This document shows, one piece after another, positions 25,426 through 37,480 of a stretch of 64,000 nt of DNA. The notes beneath the pieces are model-generated. The model had not been told where the DNA came from. It searched no databases and saw only the letters and a program-made list of their open reading frames with translations. Position 1 is the first letter of the stretch, and every line of letters starts with the position of its first letter. The DNA comes from Octopus vulgaris (lineage: Eukaryota): positions 110,794,001 to 110,858,000 of the forward strand of contig OX597817.1 of assembly GCA_951406725.2 (NCBI GenBank), in the 5' to 3' direction. A program made the position numbers and the translations under genes.

Positions 25426-26059
25426 TTCTGGGTTTTAGATGTAAAATTAGATCAGTCATATATGTTATGTAAATAGAAGTACAAAAAGCTAAGTTTAAAT
25501 GTCTTGAAACCACCATGTTACTGTGAATCATTCAAATCTTTCATTTACTTATAATATCTATGGTTATCAGTTCTATTGGCAGTAATACATTTTGCATTAG
25601 CAGTAATACTTTTTGCAAACTTAATGATTCTTATCATTGGCATCAACTTTTATGAATTTTGAAATTGAGTATGGTTTATTGCAGCATTTTAATTCTTAAT
25701 GCTAGTCAATGCTGATGTTGAATCCCAATTAGCCCTGAATGAGCAGACATATAATTAAAGATATTCAAGCACGGACATATCTACTTTTTTTTTTCAGCAA
25801 AGCTATATGTACTCCCATTTTTCACATATTGCAGTTGATCTAAGATATAATTTTACTACTGTCTCTAACATAAACAATTTCATTGTTGTCTTTTAATGTT
25901 AGTCATGTGTGTATGTCATAGAATTGGTACTCATCCTCAGCTAGGTTGACTGCGTTAAGCTTAAGGATTTCCGGTAATGCTTTATAGGAACCTATAATGT
26001 TTAAGTTAGTTATCTAATATCTTAACTACACAGCTGTAAACCATCTAAATAAATGAGAT

Positions 26060-26506
26060 AATGGAGTATCTATGCAGACATTTGACCTACTAGAAATAGT
26101 TGTTAAATATTCCTGAGATCAAACCCTACTGCTTTAAAGAAAAAGGAAGGACACATTGGGTATTATAGTCTACTTAAAAATGTATGGGATGATCATGGCT
26201 AGAATGTCTTTCAACATAGGCTTATATAGAGCTTGAGTAACAAGAAGAAAACTGGTTTTAGGATATGACTTTGTTAGAAATAAAATAATTATGAAAAAAT
26301 ATAATTATTGTTTTGCTCAACGAGCAAGCCTATGATCAAAGGTGTCCCAGTCATGACATTGCTATCTTTTTATTCAGATGTAATGTAACTAAGACAATAT
26401 TATCTAGTGTGTTCTTTCTCTTTTAAGACACAAGGATGTGATTTGAGGGAAATTTGACTGCTATTTCTAACAGGTCAGACAACCATAAGAGGCCAGCTCG
26501 TTGGTT
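26060..26506. mobile_element. Two adjacent SINE D copies in inverted (tail-to-tail) orientation
   Basis: The + copy at ~26060-26245 has GACCTACTAGAAATAG...GGGATGATCATGGCTAGAATG. The - copy at ~26310-26506 has CCTATGATCAAAGG...GTGATTTGAGGGAAATTTGACTGCTATTTCTAACAGGTC. Confidence 0.7.
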
Positions 26507-27404
26507 AAAATCCACCCTCACTCCATAATGATATAATGGAAAAAATGAAAGCAATAGCTGTGGTGATGGTGGTGGGGTGAGAAATCATCATTGACCTTTA
26601 TTTAGAGTTAGCTTCGTGTTGTGGGTTAAGTAAGGTTTGGAAGAGGCAGCAATATCATTGGTTGTCTTTTTCTCCCTGTCCCTATTCATATTCACTGGCT
26701 GACATTTCCTTAGTTAATTTAACTCATTCTGTTCAGCCATTCCTTTCATTTACATAAGCTATGTTTACTTATCAGTCACCAGTAAACTGCAAAAATTTAT
26801 TCACCTAGTTCTCATATTTCATCTCTCAAAACATGTCAATACTTCTCTCTGTGGACATAGTCAAATAGTTACAGGATAGTTCAAATGCAGTAGCGGTAGT
26901 AGTACTTATATATATGTGTGTGTGTTGTGTGTGTGATGTTATATAGATAAGAATTTATGCATTAATTTACACATAAATAATGCATTGATGGAGCCATGAA
27001 TTGTAGCTACATTAAAAAATTTTTTTTGTTTTATTTCTCAATAAAGTCATTCTTATATTTCTCTCATGACAATTTGAAGATGTTAGAACAAGTGTAGAAA
27101 TAAGAGACACTTGAAATCGCCATGGAACTTTTTCCCCCTCGTTTGCATATTTTCAGTGTAAAAAAGTATTTCAAACTGAGGTCAACAAGAAAGATCTTCA
27201 TTTTGTTTTGTGGTTGTTAGTTGATTTATTCGACTCTGATGCTGTTCTCATATTAATATCATTGACATAAAGAAAGATGAAAGGTTATGTCAATCTCAGT
27301 TATTACTAGAACTCAGAATAATAGACATTCAACCTTTGTACTAAGTCAACAGTCTTTTATATCCTATTAGCATTTGTCTAAATGAAGCTTAAGAAGTGTT
27401 ATGC

Positions 27405-27922
27405 ATTGTTGCTGCTGTTTGCTTAACCCCAGATCAAAGATGATGAAACAGATCTATGTTAAAAGAATTCCAGCCATGGCCAGCCCATCTACTTTTCTAA
27501 CTGTGTATCTAAGACTATATTATGCAGTGTGTCTGTTGGGTTGGATCTGAGTGCTCTTTTTAACTGGTTGAATGACTAATGTAGAAGCTTTCTCAGTGCC
27601 AGAAGTGTTGCATTACCTTCCAAATGTTGTTGTCATTGCTGCTTAGCTGTAGGTTAGCCCTGATTGAGCAGGTCCTGATTAAAGGTATTCCAACCATAAC
27701 TACCTTATATTTTTCAGTGTTCATCATCATGTTCATAATAAACAATTATGAACATTTGATGTTCATAATAAACAAGGCATCCTTTCTAACTTAGTCTACC
27801 ATCTTAATGAATATCAATACATTGTAGAATGTAGTCCCTGTACTAAATAGCCAGATGGTTACTGTTGGAAAATATTTTATCATATGTCTGGTTATCAGGG
27901 CGGACCTAGGGCTAAACTACAA
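27405..27922. mobile_element. Cluster of three SINE D fragments (two minus, one plus)
   Basis: GCTTAACCCCAGATCA (~27420), GTTAGCCCTGATTGAGCAGG (~27655) and ATCAGGGCGGACCTAGGGCTAAACTACAA (~27895-27922). Confidence 0.6.
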
Positions 27923-28534
27923 TGTTTTCTCTTTCTCTCTCTTTCAAGCTTAGGGAAATAAAAGCTTTAACCATTTTCTTGTCAATAAAAAATCTAATTA
28001 ATTTCTATCCAAAAATGAAGATCAACATGACATTTTTGTTTGATCCCACAGTAAACATTGTTGTATATCCTCTCTTGACATTCAGCAGATACGCTTACTT
28101 ATTAGGAAATAAAACATTTTATTCAGATATTTAAATTTTTCTCAAAGTTTCTTTGATATATTGTCTATCTTGTATGAGTTTGGTTGCATTAATTTTTGTT
28201 TTGATTTGTTGTGTTATTTAATTTTTTGTTTTAGAAAAATAAGGTAATGTAAAGATGAATAAATATGACTAACTTGGAAATAAGACACTCTAAGATTTAA
28301 GAGTATCTTAAATATGCTTTCATTTGCAATCATAAAATAGTTTAAAATAGTTTAAAATTGCCTTTTTTTTTTTAATTATGATTTTAGTTTTTGAAATGAC
28401 AATATGAAATTTCTATAAATTTCTGTGCAAGGGTGAAGGCTGATATGACATCACTATTTTAACCCATAGTAAACATTGCATTACATATCCTCTCTCTCTT
28501 AGCATCTTGTAGATGTTTTAGCTGTTTTTATTTT

Positions 28535-29276
28535 TTGACTTGTTTTAGTCATTGGACTATGGCCATGCTGTGGCACTGCCTTGAAAGGTTTAGTTAAATA
28601 AATTGACCCCGTACTTATTTTTTGAAGTCTGGTACTATTCTATTGCCTGCTTTTGCTGAACTTCTAAGTTATGTGAATGTAAACAAACCAACACTGGTTG
28701 TCACGTAGTGGGTGGGGAGACAAGCATAAGGACAAACATATACATACATATGTACATATGTATGTCTCTATGTATGTATGTAGTTTACTGTACTGTTTAC
28801 CCTTTACCATTTAAATCAGCCATATCAGGCTCAAACATTCTACCTGTGTAATGTTCAAACTCAGATCTGGGCTCTCACACCTACCTTACAATGTCATTCT
28901 AAAAATAAACAATCATATCATCAAAATCTTGAAGTTACAAGATAATGCATGATTAATTCAAAACAATGTGAGTAAAGAAGCATTATATTTGACAAAGTAA
29001 TCTGAATACTAAAGGTTCAAGGTAAGATCAACAAAAATAGAACTCCAATCAGTGAGAGATAGATATCAATTAATGTAAACAGTTTAAAGATAAGAGCTAC
29101 TAATAGTTTCTTGCTGTGAAGACACGTGGCAAAGCCAGTTTTTAGTGTCCTGTATCTCCAAGCACTCTAGAGTCTGAAGATTGCTTGGAGACACATTATA
29201 AAATCCTGCCTAGCCACTTGTCTTCATAGCAAGAAACTATTAGTTGCTCTTATCTTTAAACTGTTTACATTAAATG

Positions 29277-29319
<43 letters not shown>

Positions 29320-29472
29320 GGGCTTCTTTCAATTCCCCTCTACTAAAACCACTCACAAGGCTTTGATCAGCCCAGGGCTATAATAGACATTTGCCCAAAG
29401 TGCCATATATGTGAATGAACTTAAAATTATGTGGTTGGCAAGCAAACTTCTTACCGCACAGCCATACCTTTC
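28535..29472 (-). mobile_element. SINE family B (tail i) split at its central microsatellite (3' part ~28535-28740, head ~29280-29472)
   Basis: TGACTTGTTTTAGTCATTGGACTATGGCCATGCTG is the tail and GGGCTTCTTTCA...CCACTCACAAGGCTTTG...GTGGTTGGCAAGCAAACTTCTTACC is the head. They are separated by a MITE and ~260 bp of unassigned DNA. Confidence 0.7.
28797..29019. mobile_element. piggyBac-like MITE nested in SINE B
   Basis: Ends TTACCCTTTACCATTTAAA / TCTGAATACTAAAGGTTCAA. Reverse-complement match to 19770-20007. Confidence 0.65.
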
Positions 29473-31013
29473 ACCTAGATTTGTTGACTTTCCTCAAAAT
29501 TTCTTTGATACAATTTACTACAGTAACCCTCTTAGTGATTTCGGTTAAAATAGAAAAAAAAATTTGACGTTTTTCTAATTTAATCCTCTCTTTTCACAAA
29601 CAAGTTAAAACAAGAATGATTAAATATAACTAACTTGGAAATATGACATACTTCTAGGATTTAAGAGGGTCTTAAATATGATTTCATTTATGATCATACA
29701 ATAATATCAGAAAAACTGCTTTCTTTTGTTATTTTAGATTTTGAAATGAAAATTGTCTAAAAATGTTTTAAATATAGAAAGACTATTCATATAAAAAAAA
29801 ACAAAAGCAAATTATATATATTTTCAATAAATATAAACCTTTTTTAATACAGTTTGGGTTATTAGAAATAGTTTACATTTTTGCTTAGTTTAAAAATTTA
29901 TTTCCTACATTTACAGACATCTTGAATTATCATCATCATCATCATCCTCAACATCATTGTCATCATCATTAATTCTAGGGGTGGTGGTGATAGTGGTATA
30001 TCTGAGACACATTTTCTCTCTTTTTCTTTCTTTCACATTTCCTGATACTCTCTTTTATTTTGTGTGGTGTATGTTTGTAGACAGGTATATGTGTGTGTGT
30101 GTATACATGCATGCACACACTCATACCTACATACATATATACACACAAATACAGAAAGAGGGAGGGGAGAAAGAACATTAATATTAAGATTTGTGAAAAA
30201 TAAATGTGTCTATTATGGTGTTCACAAAGCGTAAAACAATCTCAATGTGCTTGAAGAATTTACTGGATAGTATCTTCTTTGCCATTATATAAAGGGATGA
30301 CAAGCAGTTAGCAAGTTCAATAATAATAAATAGTCAATTTATTATCTTTCTATTTTAGATTCTGGTGTTGCAGCCATCACTATGATTCCTTGGTTATTAT
30401 TTATTTGATATGTTGCATTCCTACTACTGCAGCAGTTAAAACTCTAGGGATTTCAAAAATCAATGGCAAATGGTTGATAGGAGGTTGAACAGAGAAAAGG
30501 CATAGTAATTATTATAAAGAGTGTTTGTATTGGTCAGTAGCCTACACTTGATAGGATAAAAAGGGAAATAACTTCTTTATCTATCTATCTAGCTCTCTCT
30601 CTCTCTCTTGCCCCTCTCTGTAACACGACAGATATTAACCAATGAAATAATTTGTTAAAAGTGGGGAACAGATTAGAGCGCAGTATGGGCCTTGCTATTG
30701 CTGGGAAACAACTAGACTTGGAGGCGAAATATTTAATTATATATTGATATTTAAAAGCATGCAAAAGCATTTTGTTCAAATAGATTTCAAAGAGATTTAT
30801 ATTTATGTTATCTATCTACAATATCCATTGTTCTCTATGGGTGATTATCATCATCATCATCATCATTATTATTAAATAACAAATAAGTATACATCAAAGT
30901 AACTTTTGCCAATGAAATGGATATTAAACTTCAATAATTAAAGTTACATATATATATGTGTATGAGTGCGCACACACACACACACAACAACATACATACA
31001 TAAATGCATGTAA

Positions 31014-31080
31014 AAAAGAGCATAAAAGTTTTTTTTATATATATAATATATATATATATATATAACTTTTATGCTCTTTT
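31014..31080. repeat. Perfect 17-bp inverted repeat flanking a (TA)n spacer
   Basis: AAAAGAGCATAAAAGTT (31014-31030) / AACTTTTATGCTCTTTT (31064-31080). Confidence 0.9.
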
Positions 31081-31677
31081 ACCTTGTATTTAATTTATAA
31101 TCTGTGCCGATTATTTGGTTTCAGAGCAAACAAATGATTTCTTAACTTAATATCTGATATTACAAATGATATAAGGGATCATTTTTTTCTGCTTGCTTTT
31201 AATTTAAACAAAAAAAGGATTTAATTGAACACATTTGGAAACTATTAAATTTAAACCTAATTGAGTCAAAGTGACCTGAACATTTAGGTTTTATTTTCTA
31301 TCAGGATGGGGAATTTTGCTGTAAGAGTAACTGAATCATTTTCACTAAAAACTGAATATGATTTGCAGATGTGGTACTTGAAAAATATAGAATAACTGAT
31401 TTTTGATTGGTATACCTCTTATGGCCTTCAACATTACATGCTAACTTATTTTCAAAAGCTTGAAAAACTACAAACAATATCAGTAGTTCTGGAATACCCT
31501 CTTTTTTTCATATATAAGCCCTGATCAAGCAAATAGGCCTATGTTGAAAGGCATTCTCGTCATGACCCTCCCATATATTTTTAAGTAGATTAATTTTGAT
31601 ATCATCTGTTTATTTTGAATATCTTGCTATCAGGATGTATCAAAATTTTGCTCATAGTAAGCAATAGCTTTACATAC

Positions 31678-31685
31678 CTTTGCAG
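31678..31685 (-). other. Candidate 8-nt microexon (CTGCAAAG)
   Basis: Minus strand: attttattttctttttttatag|CTGCAAAG|gtatgtaa. Confidence 0.28.
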
Positions 31686-31819
31686 CTATAAAAAAAGAAA
31701 ATAAAATCTGGCAGAGGATTTCACACATAGACGATTAGTGTAATTTAATTGAAAACTAATTGTATATTAATTGTTTATGTTATATCAAAGCCATATCTAT
31801 ACTATATGTAAGCATTTCT

Positions 31820-32290
31820 AATAATAATAATAATGAAATTATTGTATACAGTGATCAGGTGCACCACAACTTGTCAAAAGTGCATATAAAGCATATGCAA
31901 TAATGTACAAATGTCTGGAAAGTGAACAGTGTATGAGTCAGATACATGCTTGCGTGTGTATGGAGGGGAGAAAATCAGGTGTAGTGTTGGCGAATCTCAG
32001 GAAGCATGGAAGTTTTGAAGGATGCAGTGCTCCGACAACTAATAACTGATGCTGGCAGTTTGTTCAGCAACTCTCAGCATGAAAAAAGGTTTCCAAAAGT
32101 CATGGGAGCTGTGATGTTTTCTGACTTTGTAAACATGTTCACAGGTGTTAGATAGGTGGAGATTGAAAAGGTGCTCAGAGTTATTATTTGTAAGATGGTT
32201 AATAATTTTATGGGTGTCTGCCAAGTCAGCTGCCAGACGTCGGAGTTTCAATGTATCCATGCCCAGAGAAGTAAGGTGTTCAGAATATTA
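31820..32290 (-). mobile_element. CR1/L2-type LINE 3' fragment with (ATT)n tail
   Basis: ORF 32039-32260 plus upstream codons give YSEHLTSLGMDTLKLRRLAADLADTHKII...NTCEHVYKV...FFMLRVAE. This matches the CR1-like C-terminus (Y..RL..L.L..L..RR...DL...YKI...TRGH..KL...FF..RV). Confidence 0.85.
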
Positions 32291-34060
32291 GCATAGTAGG
32301 AATAATTTTATATGAAGAGAGTAATACATTTAACTCCCTTGTAGTCAAGATTCATCATTAAATGTACTGCTATGCTTAAATTAGTCTTCAAGTGGCTGGT
32401 CAGTTCCTATGTTATTTGCCTTCAAAGAATAAATTGAATTGGAAATTTGTTAAGGTATTAGACAAAATCTAGTGATAGTTAATTAGGGCACTTTTCATTC
32501 TGATAACATTCAAAGTTCATATCTTTCTGAGGTCACCTCTGCCTTTTCATCCATCTGGGATTAATAATATAAAGTACCAGATAGGTACTTGGTTGATTTG
32601 TATTCCAATAATGCATCCTAGATGATAAAAATAAATTGATTAAAATATAGTGCTTTATGATCTGTTCAATAAGCAATTGTTAAGATAATAAATTTACACC
32701 TTAATCCAAACATAGTCAACCTTTTTGAGAAGTGGGCTGCATGAGAAATGGCTCATTATCACACTACTAAAAAAATTCAAGGTAATTTTTTTGATATGTG
32801 TTATTCCTATGTGCTACGGCTTGCCCAGTACTGCTCTAACCTGTCTATATTTTCGGTAACGATAAAAAACAAGAATTCAAATTGATGTTTCATTGTTTAC
32901 AATGATAAGCACTGTAAAGTAAAAGATTATATGTCTCAGTTGCTTTTTGCAGTCATTATTTTTGTTTTATATTGAGAATATTCTTGGAAAGGCATAAACA
33001 TTGCATCATTTCATTCTTTCCTGCCTAAGACACCAGATACATCCTAGCTGCCAAATATCCCTTAAACTTCAGCCTAACATTTTAAAAGTTACAAAATATA
33101 CTGGATAACCTATACTAATCTGAGTATGATAGTTTGTAAGCAGTCAGTTATAATCAGGAATAATCACTAAAAAAAAAAAATGCAATCATTATATTCTGAG
33201 ATGAGATACAGTAAATAGATAGTTTGGCTATGACTGATATAATAAAGCAGAAATGTTTTCTATAAGACTTAAAAACATATAAGTAAAATGTCTGATGAAA
33301 AATAAGGCAGGAAATCAAAGAATATGACCTTTTGATGTTTCTGAATACAACAGGAATGCAGAATATTATATAAAGGATCTGATTGTCACTTGTGGAGGGT
33401 AAATGTGAGGTTATTACTATGAAAAAAAAAACCTTGGTGGGAATCAATGAACATTTATCTATTGCTGGCTTACACAAACCATCCCCAAGGAATATATGGT
33501 GTTAAGCTGTTATATGGCTACAAAAGAATTGCATCCTCTTGAGATTTTCATAGATGGCCACAATATTTTTACTAATAAATCTGTCTAGGTAGACATATTG
33601 TTTTTCTTTTTCCTTCCTGCATGTATGTATATGTGTATTATAATATATATATATATGTGTGCACATACACTTGCATATATTTTCATGTACATCACCTTTT
33701 GTTTTATTTTAATAAATATGCTGTTCTATAGGTATTACTCTGGGAAATTTATAGAAAGTTAATGTAACATGAACTGTTTGCAAACCCTAAAGGTCTCTTT
33801 TTATTTATAAGATGCAATATTTCTTGAAGCTCATATGTGTCTACTGCTAATTCATTATCATCTTCACTTATAGACTTTGACTTGAATTGAACTCCTGTAG
33901 CTATAACCTTGGAGATTGTATTCTTACGTGCCTCCAAGAATCATCTTGAAACAAACAAAGTAACTTCTATATGGTTATTTGAGTTACTACAAATAGTAAC
34001 CAAATTCCTGTTAGATCATACATATCCTCCCAAAAGATTGTGTTTAAGGCTATATTGAAT

Positions 34061-34444
34061 AATCCCCTATCTTGCCCAGGATATTAATCATCTGGAAACT
34101 GTTCAGCGATGTACTAACACCCATGGACATGTTTACAAAGTCGGAAAACAACACAGCTTCCATGACTTTCGGAAGCATTTCTTCACACTAAGAGTTGCTG
34201 AAGAACAAACTGCCGGCATCAGTTGTTAGTTGTGGGAACACTGCATCCTTCAAAACTTCCATGCTTCCTGAGATTCACCAACACTACACCTGATTTTCTC
34301 CCCTCCATACACACGCAAGCATGTATCTGACTCATACACTGTTCACTTTCCAGACATGTGTACATTACTGCTTATGCTTTATACACACTTTTGACAAGTT
34401 GTAGTGCACCTGATCACTGTATACAATAATTTCATTATTATAAT
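34061..34444 (+). mobile_element. CR1/L2-type LINE 3' fragment with an internal deletion, inverted relative to 31820-32290
   Basis: It reads PYLAQDINHLETVQR/CTNTHGHVYKVGKQHSFHDFRKHFFTLRVAE. The 3' UTR is nearly the reverse complement of 31830-32040. Confidence 0.85.
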
Positions 34445-34450
34445 GTAGTA

Positions 34451-34812
34451 CAGGCAGTTCTTCCTTTGCACACTTTTGATTTATGAGTTTTGCTTCTTTA
34501 AGAATTTTCTGTAGCGAAATTAAAGAATATATTTTCTACTACTCAATTGTTTATAATTCAATTGTGCTGCCCAAAACAATATCCAAGTGAATATACATTT
34601 GTCAGCTGAACCGAAGGCTAAATAATGTTGGCAAGAATCATCAACCTCCAGCCTCCCTTACTCAAGTGTGTCATTCTGTTCTGTGTCAGTGAATATTATC
34701 AAGGTATCTTAGACTGCTTTTGACTTTTCTTTTGAAATTTTGGTAATCAGTTTATTAGTTTTTGTTTAATGAACAATAATTAGGTACAAATTTTCTTGTG
34801 AAGAACTACCTG
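34451..34812. mobile_element. Tc1/mariner-superfamily (pogo/Tigger-like) MITE
   Basis: TA flanks (34449-34450 and 34813-34814). TIRs CAGGCAGTTCTTC / GAAGAACTACCTG with one mismatch. Confidence 0.75.
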
Positions 34813-35840
34813 TATTAAATACATGATATCTGAAATATAAGTATGGTGATCATAGATGGAATGCTGTTAATCATAGGTCTACTCAGTGAGAGCTAACAGC
34901 AATAACTATATTAATTTACAGTTATACTTGCTAAACAACAATTATTATTTTAGTTTATACTGCCACAGTTTGAAATTAATTACTTAAATTCTAAACAGTT
35001 ATTACCTTGAAATAAATTTAGAAATTTATTGGATTCTGTAAAACATTATGAGGTAGGATATTCACAAAGTAGTGTGTGTTCCAGTCAATTTAGCTGTTGT
35101 CAATCTGCTGTTGAGTGAAGTTTTAATATGATGCTGTAGTCGACTGACTTATAGGTCTGCTTGTCCTGCATGGCCAATTGACCTTGGTGGGATTCCACAA
35201 GGCATTCTATCCAACGCTCTGATGACTCAACCGAATTACCATTATTCTATATAGTAAAGTTTGAAATTTTGATTGAATTTGACCTGAATGATGATTATAT
35301 TAGTTGTTGTTGTTGTTGGATAACACCACTCCACATGCTGTAGTGATAGCTATATGATTAAAAAGTTCATTTTGTAATCATGGGATTGCAAGTTTGATCC
35401 CACAGTCCGCTACTTTGGGCAAGTGTCTTCTATTGCAGCCTTAGTTGACTTATGTCATATGAGTGGAATTTGCTAGACAGAAACTGAAGAAGCCATCATG
35501 TTTTGTTTTGTTTGGTATTTTTTAGTGGTGTTGGTGGCTGAATACTATTCCTGTCACCAACCCCACTTGTTTCTCTGTAAGTTAATAATCTCCTAGTCTA
35601 TCAAACAACAAACACTTCTTCAGACATGCTTTATATGGAGAATTGAAAATAAACAGTACTAGTTGACTGAGTGCTTTTGTTTACAAAAGTTTATGTAACT
35701 TCTCAAGAAGACTGGGCTTACTTTCATGATGGACTGCAAGTAAATGACACCATCAAGAAGCCATTCTTTAGAAACCAATAGATGCAAGAAAAATCAGAAC
35801 CCACTCGAATAAACACACAGACACACCTAACACAGATAGA

Positions 35841-35842
<2 letters not shown>

Positions 35843-35892
<50 letters not shown>

Positions 35893-35898
35893 GTGTGT
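35843..35898. repeat. (GT)n(GA)n compound microsatellite
   Basis: Directly visible. Confidence 0.95.
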
Positions 35899-37399
35899 AT
35901 CATTTTATGAAATACAAAAAGATGTTTTGTATGTGTATCTTTTTCTGATATATATATATATAATCAAAATAAGCAACAAGTATATCCAAGGTAGAGTAGT
36001 ATAGTTGTTTCATGCTACTTCATTTTATTATATATATATAACTTATTTTATCAGTCCTCCATCTATAAAAGACCAAACTAGCTGAAATATGATGTGAACT
36101 CTAGGATTCAAAATACCTATTAGTCATCTAGACCATTGTTCTATCACTTGATCACTAAATTGTCTTCTGGTAATCACACTTCTTTTATTCTTCTCAATAT
36201 TTAAGTTAATGGCTTCATGATTGCTACTTATTATAGGTGAAATGTTTGCTAGAATTACCTAGAGCTCTTCGATCGGCAAGAAAAGTAGATAAAACATGTA
36301 TCTGATAGGAATATTAATGTTATCATATATAACACTTGTGGTAAATGAGTGATGGTCTTGTTTTAGTTTCTGCTATAAAGGGATGTATTTCTCCTACTTC
36401 ATTTTATTTATATTTCCTGTGGACTGTTTTTTTTTTTTTGATTTACTGTTCAACATTATCTTTTGAGTGAGAAAGTTGGTTTTTATTCCTCTCTTCTTTC
36501 TGTGATCATTGAACCAAATAGTTTAGTAGCTTGCTTAAAACTGTCATCGTACATTTTTTCTGTGTAGTTTGTTGAATTATGAATTAGGTTGAGATTAAAA
36601 AACAAAAATATTGAAGCAAGTTGTGTTGGTCAATATTTCAAAGTGAAGTGCTTTTAACAAATTCAGGAAAATGAATAGAAGTCATGGATAGATTGAGATT
36701 TCGCTTAGACTCTGCCATCATTGTAATGAAATTTCTTCATCAATGTAGATGTGATGGCTGATTGATTGTGGTGCTGAATGTCTGTAATTATGTGAGCTCA
36801 TAAGCAAAAGCACACTACACACTTTATTGGGAGTTTAATTAAGTTAACTGAAAGAAGGGAGAAAAAGGTATCCCTCCCCTGTCAATTAGACATTGAATGG
36901 TTTGTGCTATTAGGAAGACCATCCAACTATAAAGTGATTGGTCACAGAAGTTACTTGATTGATTTCTTTTATTGTTTAGGTTATATAGAGAAAGATTTGC
37001 TGATCCTGATAACTTGGCTATGTTAAGAATTGGTTTCAGATCTATAGAGAATATTACTTGTGGTAGTGTCCAAACTGGGAAAGATTTATCTTTCAGACAA
37101 GTGATATTGCTGAATATGGAGCTATCTTTTTTTTTTTATGAATGTACTGTAATTTAGAGAAGCTGTTTACTCTGACACTAGATATAGTTTGTCAACTTTG
37201 ACTACCTACTTGTATCACACTCTTTGAGCTTTCATATTCCTACAACTCTGACATTGAATCTACAAAACAAATCAAATGTAAATGTGAAATAAATTTTATA
37301 ACTACACTGTTATGGTTGTACTTATGTAACATCTATTATTCTCTGATTCTAGAGATTTATATGAAACCAATTCTTCAAATGATTGATTATTCATTTTTT

Positions 37400-37480
37400 T
37401 ATATTGATATAATATTTCCTTTTCCTTTATTGATATAATATTTCCTTTTCCTATATTGATATAATATTTCCTTTTCCTAT
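37400..37480. repeat. 26-bp minisatellite x3 (T[A/T]TATTGATATAATATTTCCTTTTCC)
   Basis: Units at 37400-37425, 37426-37451 and 37452-37477. Confidence 0.95.

Larger units (their letters stand above)
28010..29762. repeat. Old ~420-bp tandem duplication whose second copy is split by ~950 bp of insertions
   Basis: Colinear anchors: AGTAAACATTG..ATATCCTCTC (~28050 / ~28468), CTCAAA(G/A)TTTCTTTGATA (28141 / ~29493) and AAATAT(G/A)ACTAACTTGGAAATA...GATTTAAGAG..TCTTAAATATG.TTTCATTT (28261-28326 / 29622-29689). Confidence 0.75.
33965..34905 (+). mobile_element. SINE D interrupted by a CR1-type fragment and a pogo-type MITE
   Basis: The head is at ~33965-34060 (..TACAAATAGTAACCAAAT..ATTGAATAAT). It resumes TAATGTAG at 34441 and GATCATAGATGGAATG..ATCATAGGTCTACTCA after 34815. 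Confidence 0.5.

Noticed and set aside
30359-30408. Possible terminal exon (D)SGVAAITMIPWLLFI*, resembling a GPI signal
   Set aside because: Too short to distinguish from chance, and there are no linked upstream exons.
35722-35733. 12-nt minus-strand microexon candidate (TCCATCATGAAA)
   Set aside because: The polypyrimidine tract is poor; it is within chance expectation.
36980-37100. Possible + strand exon LYRERFADPDNLAMLRIGFRSIENITCGSVQTGKDLSFRQ
   Set aside because: The acceptor is fair but the donor is weak (CAA|GTGATA), and I recognise no homolog.
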